This document shows, one piece after another, positions 14,381 to 24,773 of a DNA stretch of 38,589 nucleotides (position 1 is the first letter of the stretch; every line of letters begins with the position of its first letter). The DNA comes from a virus (lineage: Duplodnaviria; Heunggongvirae; Uroviricota; Caudoviricetes), in the IMG/VR virus record IMGVR_UViG_3300031857_000056, positions 1 to 38,589 of that record. One strand, given 5' to 3'. Below the pieces are notes generated by a model, which did no database searches, was not told where the DNA came from, and was given only the letters and a program-made list of their open reading frames with translations. The position numbers and the translations under genes were made by a program.

Positions 14381-17300
14381 ATGTCCATCAAGAAGTTAGA
14401 TTTATTAAGAATTATAACCAGCTCAAATTATCTTTATAATTTTAGCTCCAGTTATTCTAACAAAGCATTAACTGCAAGTTATGCTTTAAATGCTAGCGGT
14501 GGTGGCGGTGGTACATCAGGTACAAGTGGAGCTGGAGGCAGTAGTGGAACAAGTGGAACTGGATCTCCTGGCACAAGTGGTACGTCCGGCTCTTCTGGTG
14601 AATCCGGCACATCTGGTACAAGTGGTAGTAGTGGTACTTCTGGTAACTCTGGTTCAAGTGGATCAAGTGGATCAAGTGGATCAAGTGGTGTAAATGGCGA
14701 TAATGGCACTAGCGGAACATCTGCAACTGCTGGAAGTAGTGGTACAAGTGGCGTAGGATCGCCTGGTACATCGGGTTCATCAGGTGAATCTGGCACATCA
14801 GGTAGTAGTGGTTCAAGTGCTACTGCGGGTAGTAGTGGCACAAGTGGTGTAGGTTCTCCAGGCACTAGTGGTAGTAGTGGAGCTTCAGGCACATCAGGTA
14901 GTAGCGGTAACAGTGGAACAAGTGGAAGTAGCGGAACAAGTGTATCTGTGTCTGGTACAACAAATAGATTGGTTAAATTTACCAGTGCTTCTACAATTGG
15001 CAATACATCAACTGTACACGAAAGTGGATCTGCATTTTTAGGAGTGGGTGTATCATCAAGTTTAGTATCAAGATTGCAAGTTTACCGCAGCGGAAGTAAT
15101 TCAAGTGTACTTAAAGTGGATGGTGGAAGTGGTACATTATTCGAAGTTACCGATAATCTAAGCGGTAGTTTATTTAGCGTAAACACCATAGCAGGTTTTC
15201 CAATACTAGAAGTATTTAGCAACAATAGGATGGTTGCTGGGGCTTATGGTACAAATGCTTTAGTAGTAAGTGCCAGTAGCGTTGGTATCGGTATTGCCAC
15301 ACCAAGTACCAAACTACACATTCAGGGTAATGTAAGTGGTAGCCAATTTACATCAAGCAGAAGAAACGCAGTTGGATTTTCTGGTACTGCAAGTTATGCG
15401 AGACGAGCTTTGACTGCGAGTTTTGCTTTGAATGCAAGTAGTGTGGGTATTATGAGAACTGGCAGTAGATATCCTATAACTGCAAGTAGAGCAATTACCG
15501 CAAGTTATGCTTTGGCTAGTGCTGGTGGTGGCGGAGGCAGTGGTACTATATCAAGTGGTATAGTTAATAGAATACCTAAATACACAGGTACAACTACTGT
15601 TGGTCAATCATTTACTCCTATTTTTGAAAGTGGATCTGCTTTTGTTGGTGTTGGACCTATTTCTACCAGTTTGGTATCAAGACTACAAGTTTTCCGCAGT
15701 GGAAGTAATGCTAGTGTGCTTAAAGTAGATGGTGGAAGCGGTACATTGTTTGAAGTCACTGATAATCTAAGCGGTAGTTTATTTAGTGTAAATACTATTG
15801 CTGGTTTTCCAATACTGGAAGTATTTAGCAACAATAGGATAGTTGCTGGCGCTTATGGTACAAATGCTTTGGTTGTAAGTGCTAGTAGCGTTGGCATTGG
15901 CATTGCTACTCCAAGTGCCAAACTACATATTCAAGGTAATATAAGCGGTAGTCAATTTACCAGTAGTAGACGAAATGCAGTTGGGTTCTTTGGTACCAGT
16001 AGTTTTTCAAGAAGAGCATTGACCGCAAGTTTTGCATTAAATGCTGGTGGAGGTGGTACCACATTAAGAACAGGTAGTACATATCCAATTACAAGTAGTT
16101 TTTCCCGAAGAGCTATTACAGCAAGTTATGCATTGACTAGTGCAGGTGGAGGAGGAAGTGGTACTGTATCTTCAGGTGTTGTAAATAGATTGGCCAAATA
16201 TACAGGCGCAACTACAGTGGGAAGTTCGGCTATAGTATATGAAAGTGGAAGTGCTTTTATTGGTATAGGTGTAACAAGCAGTTTGGTATCTAGTTTACAG
16301 GTTTACCGCAGCGGAAGTAATGCTAGTGTACTCAAGGTAGATGGCGGTAGTGGCACACTATTTGAAGTTACTGATAATTTAAGTGGTAGTTTGTTTAACG
16401 TCAATGATATTACTGGTTTACCTATATTTGAAGTGTTTAGTAACAACAGAATTGTTGCTGGTAAATATGCTGCAAATGATTTGGTGGTCAGTGGTAGCAG
16501 AGTTGGTATGGGTACAGCTACACCCCAAGCAAAGTTGCACGTTGTGGGTAACATAAGTGGTAGTCAATTTACTAGTAGCAGAAGAAATGCTATAGGTTTC
16601 TCTGGCACTGCAAGTTATGCAAGAAGAGCATTGACTGCAAGTTATGCATTGAATGCAAGTGGAGGTGGTGGAAGTACATTACGAACTGGCAGTACATATC
16701 CAATTACTGCTAGTAAAACATCTGCAATTGCAGCGGGTGTTACTAATAGATTTGTTAAGTATACAAATGCTTCTGCTGTTAATAGTTCAACTATGCTGTA
16801 TGAGAGTGGAAGTGCTTTTATTGGCATAGGTATAACAAGCAGTTTGGTGTCTAGTTTGCAAGTATATCGTAGTGGTAGTAATGCTAGTGTGTTGAAGGTG
16901 GATGGTGGAAGTGGTACATTGTTTGAAGTCACTGATAATTTGAGTGGTAGCTTATTCAATGTAAATGATATTACAGGATTGCCTATATTTGAGGTATTTA
17001 GCAACAACAGAATTGTGGCGGGTAAATATGCTGCAAATGATTTGGTTGTTAGTGGCAGTAGAGTGGGTATTGGTGTGGCTACACCACGTGCTAAACTACA
17101 CATACAAGGAAATATAAGTGGAAGTCAATTTACTAGTAGCAGAACAAATGCAGTTGGGTTCTTTGGTACTGCTAGTTATGCAAGAAGAGCATTATCAGCC
17201 AGTTATGTACTTGGAGGAGCTGCTGGATCAAGTGGCACTAGTGGTGCAAGTGGTACATCAGGTAGTTCGGGTACTAGTGGAACATCAGGATCAAGTGGAA

Positions 17301-18529
17301 CTTCAGGTAGTTCTGGAACAAGTGGAAGCAGTGGAACAAGTGGAGTTGGATCTCCTGGTAGCAGTGGAACCAGTGGTACCAGTTCTACCCCAGCGTTATC
17401 GTTGGCGCAAACATTTGTATTAACTGCATCTGTGAGTCAATTTCAATTGACACAAAGCGTGGCAAACAAGGATCAAATATTGGTAATATTGGATGGGTTG
17501 GTTCAATCCAGATCAGGTAGTTATACAGTTTCAGGATCCACTTTGACTTTGACAGAAAATGCGCTTTCAGGTTCAAATGTTGATATCAGATATTTTGGTG
17601 GTGGTTCTTCTATTAGTAGCAGTTTTTCAAGAAGAGCATTGACCGCGAGTTATTTGTTGCCTGCTTCAAACAACACAACCAAAGCTATATTTGGTTATGG
17701 TTATACTGGTGTAAATTTATCTATGACAAATTTGGTGAGCAACACAGGTGTGGTTGCAAACGATGTAACAGGAGTTGGTACTGCTAGGTCTAACTTAGCA
17801 GCTGCTGGATATAGCAGTGATAAATCTATATTTGGTTATGGTACTACTGGTGCAGTTGTATCTATGACAAATTTGGTGAGCAACACAGGTGTGGTTGCTA
17901 CTGACACAACTGGCGTAGGTACTGCTAGAGAAGTATTAGCAGCTGCTAGATATGGTACAGATAAAGCTATATTTGGTTATGGTTATACTAGTGCTGCTGT
18001 ATCTATGACTAATTTGGTAAGTAACACAGGCGTGGTTGCAACCGACACAACAGGTGTTGGCACGGCTAGATGGTCTTTAGCTGCTGTTGGATATGGAACT
18101 GATAAAGCTATATTTGGATATGGTACTACTGGTACAAATGTATCTATGACAAATTTAGTGAGCAACACAGGTGTAGTTGCTACTGACACAACAGGAGTTG
18201 GTACTGCTAGAAGAATTTTAGCAGCTGCTGGATATGGAACTGATAAGGCTATATTTGGTTATGGTTATACAAGTACACAAGTATCTATTACAAATTTAGT
18301 AAGCAACGCAGGTGTAGTTGCTACTGACACAACAGGAGTAGGTACTGCAAGATATTCTTTAGCTGCTGCCGGATATGGAACTGATAAGGCTATATTTGGA
18401 TATGGTTTTACTAGTACAAATGTATCAATGGTTAATTTGGTATCAAACGTTGGAGTAGTTGCAAATGATACAACTGGTATAGGTACCGCTAGAGAGCGTT
18501 TAGCTGCTGCTGGATATTCGACGACATAA
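14381..18529 (+). CDS. Long modular fibre protein: GTS repeats, four ~160-aa modules, C-terminal six-repeat propeller
   Basis: 1382-aa ORF; repeats visible in the translation. Confidence 0.8.
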   Translation: MSIKKLDLLRIITSSNYLYNFSSSYSNKALTASYALNASGGGGGTSGTSGAGGSSGTSGTGSPGTSGTSGSSGESGTSGTSGSSGTSGNSGSSGSSGSSGSSGVNGDNGTSGTSATAGSSGTSGVGSPGTSGSSGESGTSGSSGSSATAGSSGTSGVGSPGTSGSSGASGTSGSSGNSGTSGSSGTSVSVSGTTNRLVKFTSASTIGNTSTVHESGSAFLGVGVSSSLVSRLQVYRSGSNSSVLKVDGGSGTLFEVTDNLSGSLFSVNTIAGFPILEVFSNNRMVAGAYGTNALVVSASSVGIGIATPSTKLHIQGNVSGSQFTSSRRNAVGFSGTASYARRALTASFALNASSVGIMRTGSRYPITASRAITASYALASAGGGGGSGTISSGIVNRIPKYTGTTTVGQSFTPIFESGSAFVGVGPISTSLVSRLQVFRSGSNASVLKVDGGSGTLFEVTDNLSGSLFSVNTIAGFPILEVFSNNRIVAGAYGTNALVVSASSVGIGIATPSAKLHIQGNISGSQFTSSRRNAVGFFGTSSFSRRALTASFALNAGGGGTTLRTGSTYPITSSFSRRAITASYALTSAGGGGSGTVSSGVVNRLAKYTGATTVGSSAIVYESGSAFIGIGVTSSLVSSLQVYRSGSNASVLKVDGGSGTLFEVTDNLSGSLFNVNDITGLPIFEVFSNNRIVAGKYAANDLVVSGSRVGMGTATPQAKLHVVGNISGSQFTSSRRNAIGFSGTASYARRALTASYALNASGGGGSTLRTGSTYPITASKTSAIAAGVTNRFVKYTNASAVNSSTMLYESGSAFIGIGITSSLVSSLQVYRSGSNASVLKVDGGSGTLFEVTDNLSGSLFNVNDITGLPIFEVFSNNRIVAGKYAANDLVVSGSRVGIGVATPRAKLHIQGNISGSQFTSSRTNAVGFFGTASYARRALSASYVLGGAAGSSGTSGASGTSGSSGTSGTSGSSGTSGSSGTSGSSGTSGVGSPGSSGTSGTSSTPALSLAQTFVLTASVSQFQLTQSVANKDQILVILDGLVQSRSGSYTVSGSTLTLTENALSGSNVDIRYFGGGSSISSSFSRRALTASYLLPASNNTTKAIFGYGYTGVNLSMTNLVSNTGVVANDVTGVGTARSNLAAAGYSSDKSIFGYGTTGAVVSMTNLVSNTGVVATDTTGVGTAREVLAAARYGTDKAIFGYGYTSAAVSMTNLVSNTGVVATDTTGVGTARWSLAAVGYGTDKAIFGYGTTGTNVSMTNLVSNTGVVATDTTGVGTARRILAAAGYGTDKAIFGYGYTSTQVSITNLVSNAGVVATDTTGVGTARYSLAAAGYGTDKAIFGYGFTSTNVSMVNLVSNVGVVANDTTGIGTARERLAAAGYSTT
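14951..17210 (+). repeat. Four ~160-aa intragenic modules in AABB order
   Basis: Repeated VLKVDGGSGTLFEVTDNLSGSLF; copies start near 14951, 15551, 16172 and 16733. Confidence 0.85.
17681..18529 (+). repeat. Six 47-aa Kelch-like repeats
   Basis: K(A/S)IFGYG...TNLVSNTGVV.TDTTGVGTARxxLAAAGYGTD x6. Confidence 0.9.
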
Positions 18530-18542
18530 AATATAAAATAAT

Positions 18543-20894
18543 ATGCCATTTACAAGATTACGACAATCAATGATTAAGCCAAATGGATCTATAACAGGAT
18601 CATTAAGTGGCACTAGTAGTTATTCAAGAAGAACATTGACCGCGAGTTATGCTTTGAATGCAAGTGGAGGTTCAATTAGTTATATTACAGGTTCGCCTGT
18701 GGTTGGACAATATATTGTTGTGAGTGGTAGTAATACAACTCAGTATGCATTAATACAAAACGTAACTAATCCAGAACATTTGTTAGTATCTGTAAATGGC
18801 GTTGTACAAAATTATAGTTCTAGCTATACAGTAACTGGTTCTACACTTAATTTTTATCAACCATATGATGACGGTGATGAAATTGATGTAAGATTCTTAA
18901 ATGGTGGTACTACCGTACAAACAGGTAGCATTGCGAAACAAACAGTTTGGACCAATGTAACTTCAGGTAGTACAAATACTATAACTGGACTAAGCTTAAG
19001 TAGCAACAAGTGGGATGTAAGCGTGGTAGAAGAATGGGATGCTGCGACACTTGATCAGTACTACAATAGTTGTAGCTTGTTGTGTCATTTTGACAGTATA
19101 AATTCTGCGGGAAGATTTATTGATAATAGCAGAAATAATTTTGCGATTACATCAAGTGGTGGAGCAGGATTGAGCACATCACAATATAAATTTGGTGGGG
19201 CTAGTGCTTATTTTGATGGAAGTGGTGATTACTTAACAACACCTTTGTCGTCAAATCTTCAATTTGGCACTGGAGATTTTACCATAGAATGTTGGAATTA
19301 TATGATTGCTAGAATCAATAGTTTTCCGACAATATTTTCTAATTACAACAGTTATACAGTCGGCGCATTATCTTTATTCGCAGGTCATAGTTCAGGAACA
19401 ACTACGTCATATCAAGTTGCAATAAATGGCGCTGCGTTCCCTACTATTCAAGGTGGAACAATTGAGTATAATACCTGGGTACATTTAGCAGTAGTTCGTA
19501 ACAGTGGTACAATTAAATTATATGTGAATGGTACAAGTGTTGGTACTCCGTATAGTACCGCTGTAACATTAAATGGAGTAGGATCACTTTTTTATATAGG
19601 AACAACTGGCGATAATATAGCTGCAGGTTATATTAATGGTTATATAGATGAATTTAGAATTACCAAAGGTGTTGCAAGATATACCAGTAATTTTACACCG
19701 CCTTCTGCACCATTTCCAAATTCACGTAATCAAGTGCTTACAAGGTATGTGGGTTTGGTGGGTGGTATAGATGATAAATATGTGGATTATGGTGTACAGA
19801 AGTTAAGCAACAGTTCGCTTAAATTGACAAGGCTTACATATCCAAATCAACCTATAGTTGGTAGCGGATCATTGAGTGGCAGTGTAAGCAGAGTATATGT
19901 AAATGTATTGGATTATGATAATGTTTCAATATCTGGCAGTATAAGTAATGCTGTTACTGCTAGTTTTGCTTTAAATTCAGCAACTAGCAGGGTTGCATTA
20001 TCAGCTAGTTACTTAATACCCACTTCAAATAACACAACCAAAGCTATATTTGGTTATGGTTATAATGGCAGTGTAGCTGTATCTATGACCAATTTAGTTA
20101 GTAATACAGGCGTAGTTGCAAATGATACAACAGGTGTAGGTACCGTTAGGTATCAATTAGCCGCTGCTGGATATGGAACTGATAAAGCTATATTTGGTTA
20201 TGGTTATGCGACTTCTGTATATGTATCTATGACCAATTTAGTTAATAACACAGGTGTTGTATCTACAGATACAACAGGTGTAGGTACTGCTAGAGAAGCA
20301 TTAGCTGCGGCTGGATATGGCACTGATAAAGCTATATTTGGTTATGGTACTACTGGTACAAATGTATCTATGACTAATTTGGTAAGTAATACTGGAGTGG
20401 TTTCAACAGATACAACTGGCGTAGGTAGTGCTAGAAGCAATTTGGCAGCAGCTGGATATGGAACTGATAAAGCTATATTTGGTTATGGTTATACAATCGC
20501 AAATGTATCTATGACCAATTTGGTAAGTAATACTGGCGTGGTTTCAACAGATACAACTGGTGTAGGTACTGCTAGAAGAGATCTACGTGCAGCTAGATAT
20601 GGAAATGATAAAGCTATTTTTGGTTATGGTTTAACCAGTGTAAATGTATCTATAACTAATTTGGTATCAAACGTTGGAGTGGTTGCAACTGACACAACTG
20701 GTGTTGGCACCAATAGAATACAATTAGCTGCTGCTGGATATGGTGTTGATAAAGCTATATTTGGTTATGGTTATACTACTGCAGAAGTTTCTATGGTTAA
20801 TTTAGTAAGTAATACAGGTGTAGTTGCGAATGACACAACGGGAATTGGTACTGCTAGAAGACTTTTAGCTGCATCTGGATATAGTACCAGTTAA
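18543..20894 (+). CDS. Fibre protein: scaffolded LamG domain plus six-repeat propeller
   Basis: LLCHFD...SQYKFGGASAYFDG...FTIECW...WVHLAVVR...GYIDEFRITKGVARY; six KAIFGYG repeats. Confidence 0.8.
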   Translation: MPFTRLRQSMIKPNGSITGSLSGTSSYSRRTLTASYALNASGGSISYITGSPVVGQYIVVSGSNTTQYALIQNVTNPEHLLVSVNGVVQNYSSSYTVTGSTLNFYQPYDDGDEIDVRFLNGGTTVQTGSIAKQTVWTNVTSGSTNTITGLSLSSNKWDVSVVEEWDAATLDQYYNSCSLLCHFDSINSAGRFIDNSRNNFAITSSGGAGLSTSQYKFGGASAYFDGSGDYLTTPLSSNLQFGTGDFTIECWNYMIARINSFPTIFSNYNSYTVGALSLFAGHSSGTTTSYQVAINGAAFPTIQGGTIEYNTWVHLAVVRNSGTIKLYVNGTSVGTPYSTAVTLNGVGSLFYIGTTGDNIAAGYINGYIDEFRITKGVARYTSNFTPPSAPFPNSRNQVLTRYVGLVGGIDDKYVDYGVQKLSNSSLKLTRLTYPNQPIVGSGSLSGSVSRVYVNVLDYDNVSISGSISNAVTASFALNSATSRVALSASYLIPTSNNTTKAIFGYGYNGSVAVSMTNLVSNTGVVANDTTGVGTVRYQLAAAGYGTDKAIFGYGYATSVYVSMTNLVNNTGVVSTDTTGVGTAREALAAAGYGTDKAIFGYGTTGTNVSMTNLVSNTGVVSTDTTGVGSARSNLAAAGYGTDKAIFGYGYTIANVSMTNLVSNTGVVSTDTTGVGTARRDLRAARYGNDKAIFGYGLTSVNVSITNLVSNVGVVATDTTGVGTNRIQLAAAGYGVDKAIFGYGYTTAEVSMVNLVSNTGVVANDTTGIGTARRLLAASGYSTS
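20040..20894 (+). repeat. Six 47-48-aa Kelch-like repeats
   Basis: Same repeat as 17681-18529. Confidence 0.9.
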
Positions 20895-20936
20895 AAATGA
20901 ATGTGGTAATAAAACGACATTAACTATTTATAAAGT

Positions 20937-23018
20937 ATGCCTGCATTAGGAAAAACAAAAGTATCACCCAGTTTAATTTCAACAGGATCATTATTTCTTG
21001 GTACATCCAGTTACGCTGTTACCGCTTCATTCGCTTTGAATTCAAGTGGAGGTGGTGGCGGAGGATCAGTTCAAACAGGCAGTATTGCGAAACAAACAGT
21101 TTGGACCAATGTAACCTCAGGCAGCACAAACACAATAACCAGCTTAAATTTGAGTAGCAACAAATGGGATGTAAGCGTGGTGGAAGAATGGGATGCTGCA
21201 ACATTGGATCAATATTATAATAGCTGTAGCTTGTTGTGTCATTTTGATAGTTTGAATCCTTCTGGAAGATTTATTGATAATAGCAGAAACAATTTTAAGA
21301 TAACATCAAGTGGTGATGCTAAATTAAGCACCTCGCAATATAAATTTGGTGGAGCAAGTGCTTATTTTGATGGTACAATTGATTATTTGTTAATACCCGA
21401 TAACAATGCATTTGAATTGGGTAGTTCAGATTTTACATTAGAATCGTTTGTTTATTTTGTAACACTGCCATCTTCTAATGGATATTACTCAACTATAATA
21501 TCAAAATGGTCATCAAGCAATAATTCTTATTTTATTTATTTATATAATAATGCTGGAACTTATCAATTATATTTAACTTATTCAACTAACGGAACGTCTA
21601 ACACAAATTTAGGTGTAAATTGGACTCCGAATGTTGGTCAGTGGTATCACATTGCATGTGTAAGAAGTTCTACAAATGTATATTTCTGGGTCAACGGCGT
21701 TCAACAAGGCGCAACACAATCTATTTCTGGAACATTATATAATGGCACGGCACCTCTAGAAATAGGAGCAAATATATTGGGATCATCAAATACAGTTTTA
21801 AATGGATATTTAGATGAATTAAGAATAACAAAAGGTGTAGCAAGATATACCGCTAATTTTACACCTCCTTCCGCGCCATTTCCAAATTCAAGAAATCAAG
21901 TGCTTACAAGGTATGTGGGTTTGGTTGGTGGCATTGATGATAAGTATGTGGATTATGGTGTTGAGAAGTTAAGCAACAGTTCGCTTAAATTGACACGATT
22001 AACTTATCCAAATCAACCGTTAATTGGCAGTGGATCATTGAGTGGCAGTGTAAGCAGAGTGTATGTAAATGTATTGGATTATACTAATGTGAGTGTAACC
22101 AGCAGTTATGCTAGAAATTCTTTGTCAGCAAGTTATTTAATACCCACTTCAAATAATACAACCAAAGCTATATTTGGATATGGTTATACTAGTGCAAATG
22201 TATCTATGACGAACTTGGTAAATAACACAGGCGTTGTTGCAACGGATACAACTGGCGTAGGTAGTGCTAGAAGCAATTTGGCAGCAGCTGGATATGGAAC
22301 TGATAAAGCTATATTTGGTTATGGTTATACTACAGGAAATGTGTCATTAACAAATTTGGTAAGTAATACTGGCGTAGTTGCTACAGATACAACAGGCATA
22401 GGTACTGATAGAAGATCATTAGCAGCTTCTACCTATGGAAATGATAAAGCTATATTTGGATATGGTTATACCACAGGAGTTGTATCTATAGTTAATTTGG
22501 TATCTAATACTGGTGTAGTTGCTACAGATACAACAGGCATAGGTACCGCTAGATATAGTCCCGCAGCTGCTAGATATGGTGGTGATAAAGCTATATTCGG
22601 ATATGGTACTACTGGTGCAAATGTATCTATAGTTAATTTGGTATCTAATATTGGTGTAGTTGCAAATGATACTACAGGAATTGGTACTGCTAGAGAATCA
22701 CTATCGGCTGCGGGATATGGAGGTGATAAAGCTATATTTGGATATGGTTATACCACAGGAGTTGTATCTATGACAAATTTGGTAAATAATACTGGGGTAG
22801 TTGCAAATGATGTAACAGGTGTTGGTACCGCTAGATGGCAGTTAGCTGCTGCGGGATATGGTGGTGATAAAGCTATATTCGGATATGGTTATAATAGTAG
22901 CAATGCTGTTGTATCTATTACAAATTTAGTAAGCAGCACGGGTGTAGTTGCGACTGATACAACGGGTGTAGGCACTGCTAGAAGAATTTTAGCAGCTGCA
23001 GGTTATTCGACAACATAA
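20937..23018 (+). CDS. Fibre protein: scaffolded LamG domain plus six-repeat propeller (paralog of 18543)
   Basis: Same architecture as 18543 with a divergent LamG core. Confidence 0.8.
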   Translation: MPALGKTKVSPSLISTGSLFLGTSSYAVTASFALNSSGGGGGGSVQTGSIAKQTVWTNVTSGSTNTITSLNLSSNKWDVSVVEEWDAATLDQYYNSCSLLCHFDSLNPSGRFIDNSRNNFKITSSGDAKLSTSQYKFGGASAYFDGTIDYLLIPDNNAFELGSSDFTLESFVYFVTLPSSNGYYSTIISKWSSSNNSYFIYLYNNAGTYQLYLTYSTNGTSNTNLGVNWTPNVGQWYHIACVRSSTNVYFWVNGVQQGATQSISGTLYNGTAPLEIGANILGSSNTVLNGYLDELRITKGVARYTANFTPPSAPFPNSRNQVLTRYVGLVGGIDDKYVDYGVEKLSNSSLKLTRLTYPNQPLIGSGSLSGSVSRVYVNVLDYTNVSVTSSYARNSLSASYLIPTSNNTTKAIFGYGYTSANVSMTNLVNNTGVVATDTTGVGSARSNLAAAGYGTDKAIFGYGYTTGNVSLTNLVSNTGVVATDTTGIGTDRRSLAASTYGNDKAIFGYGYTTGVVSIVNLVSNTGVVATDTTGIGTARYSPAAARYGGDKAIFGYGTTGANVSIVNLVSNIGVVANDTTGIGTARESLSAAGYGGDKAIFGYGYTTGVVSMTNLVNNTGVVANDVTGVGTARWQLAAAGYGGDKAIFGYGYNSSNAVVSITNLVSSTGVVATDTTGVGTARRILAAAGYSTT
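22164..23018 (+). repeat. Six 47-49-aa Kelch-like repeats
   Basis: Same repeat as 17681-18529. Confidence 0.9.
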
Positions 23019-23040
23019 ACAATATATATTAAACAAACAT

Positions 23041-23649
23041 ATGGCATCAAATCTAAATTCTGAATTTAATTATCGTTATCAAGTTATAGGTAGTACCCCG
23101 TGGGAAAAGTTAAAAACATTAAAAGGTTTTCTTGTGGGTAGAAAAAGAGCAGCTGTTTTGGAACAAGTAGCTGATTTAAAATATAAAGCCAAATTATCTG
23201 AACTAAAACATCTAAAAGAATTACCAGCATTACCGCACGTAATTTTAAACTTAGAAGCAGAAATATTAGAACTTGAATCACATCTTGATGATCAAAAACA
23301 TGCATTTGAATTAAACCGACAAGAAATAAAGATTTTAGAAAATCTAATAACAGAACTATATACAATAGTTGAACCCACCAGAATACCTGGTTATACAGAT
23401 GACCAAATGTTTGAAGCCAATGCTAATAACGAATTTACTGTAACAATCGGACGGGAAATACAAGCAGAAATTATTGCCAATGGCAGACCATCCCCAGCCA
23501 AATTGTTAAACGCAATGAGCAATCCACAAACACTTGAATCATTGAAACTTGTGGGGTTAGTACCAAAAGAAACACTTTTATTGGAACAAAAAGATATTGT
23601 TGATGCATTGAAGTTAAACAACATAAACGAACCAAAACTAATACAATAA
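23041..23649 (+). CDS. Coiled-coil hypothetical protein, possible fibre chaperone
   Basis: Helical heptad-like pattern; directly follows the propeller fibre genes. Confidence 0.55.
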   Translation: MASNLNSEFNYRYQVIGSTPWEKLKTLKGFLVGRKRAAVLEQVADLKYKAKLSELKHLKELPALPHVILNLEAEILELESHLDDQKHAFELNRQEIKILENLITELYTIVEPTRIPGYTDDQMFEANANNEFTVTIGREIQAEIIANGRPSPAKLLNAMSNPQTLESLKLVGLVPKETLLLEQKDIVDALKLNNINEPKLIQ

Positions 23650-23650
23650 T

Positions 23651-24028
23651 ATGAAACTTTATATATTACCAGCTACAAACTTTGAATCTTTGTTTGGAAG
23701 TCCAATGGAAAGAAAACAAGTTGATGATGTTGTAATCATTGCGCAAACACCAGATTGTTCCAGTTTCTTGGTATTATCCAAAACAAATTATACAGCTTTG
23801 GAACCATTTGTCAGTTATGATGGATTTGATTTTACATATTGTCAACAATGGGGATTAACAATAAATGAAGAAGTGGTTGTAAGAACCATATCTGACCTAA
23901 GAAAAAATGCATATCCACCAATGGCAAATTATTTGGATGCTATTGTGAAAAATGATAATGAAGCACTGCAAACATATCTTGATGCGTGTCTTGCAGTAAA
24001 AGAAAAATACACTAAATTAGAATCTTGA
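23651..24028 (+). CDS. Tail-fibre assembly chaperone-like protein
   Basis: C-terminal RKNAYPPMANYLDAIV...AVKEKY pattern. Confidence 0.6.
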   Translation: MKLYILPATNFESLFGSPMERKQVDDVVIIAQTPDCSSFLVLSKTNYTALEPFVSYDGFDFTYCQQWGLTINEEVVVRTISDLRKNAYPPMANYLDAIVKNDNEALQTYLDACLAVKEKYTKLES

Positions 24029-24032
24029 ATTT

Positions 24033-24764
24033 ATGTATTACGGACCAAAGATTGTAACAAGTGGATTAGTATTGTGTTTGGATGCGGCTAATAAACGTAG
24101 TTATCCTGGCACTGGTACCACTTGGACAGATTTGAGTGGTAATAGTAATAATGGTACACTAATAAACGGTCCTACTTTTAACGCGGGTAATCAAGGTGGT
24201 ATAGTGTTCGATGGTACCAATGATTATATATCTATTGGTAGTCAGAATATAGTTGGAACTGGTACGTCTCCATTCTCTGTGGAATTATGTATATATAATA
24301 CTAAAAATTGGGGTGTTGGACAATATACGATGCCTTTTAGGGTTAAACAAGATAGTGAATTTTTTGTTACATTGTACAATCCATCAGGAACTTTATTAAG
24401 TACTCCGATTTTCAGAGGATACTACACTCAGTGGGCTACACCAGTTACCCAATCTGATTTTGTGAATAAATGGATATTTTTGAATTATGTATATAATGGC
24501 GGAGATAAAAGTACGGCAACATCATATGTTTCATATTTAAATGGGGTTCAACTCCCAACGGGAACTATAAACAATGGACCAGCCAACGGTGGGTTGGCAT
24601 CTAATTGTAATATTATCGGCGTAGATGGAGATAATGGATGTAATAGTATTAATAGTGGATTACTGCAAGGTAAAATAAGTTTGTATAAATTGTACAACAG
24701 AGCATTAAGTGCAGCTGAAGTATTGCAAAATTATAACGCAACTAAAAGTAGATTTGGATTATAA
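24033..24764 (+). CDS. LamG/ConA-like lectin-fold protein (paralog 1)
   Basis: GPKIVTSGLVLCLDAANKRSYPGTGTTWTDLSGN...FDGTNDY...YNRALSAAEVLQNYNA. Confidence 0.82.
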   Translation: MYYGPKIVTSGLVLCLDAANKRSYPGTGTTWTDLSGNSNNGTLINGPTFNAGNQGGIVFDGTNDYISIGSQNIVGTGTSPFSVELCIYNTKNWGVGQYTMPFRVKQDSEFFVTLYNPSGTLLSTPIFRGYYTQWATPVTQSDFVNKWIFLNYVYNGGDKSTATSYVSYLNGVQLPTGTINNGPANGGLASNCNIIGVDGDNGCNSINSGLLQGKISLYKLYNRALSAAEVLQNYNATKSRFGL

Positions 24765-24773
24765 TTATAGTAT

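Noticed and set aside
17681-23018. CRISPR array suggested by regular ~141-nt repeats
   Set aside because: The repeats are in-frame coding units with synonymous variation; there is no repeat-spacer structure and no cas genes.
17681-23018. Diversity-generating retroelement targeting the propellers
   Set aside because: No reverse transcriptase or non-coding template repeat in the window. Variable codons differ at third positions (tct, gaa, tgg, aga, tat, gag), unlike AAY-derived adenine mutagenesis. A DGR elsewhere in the genome cannot be excluded.
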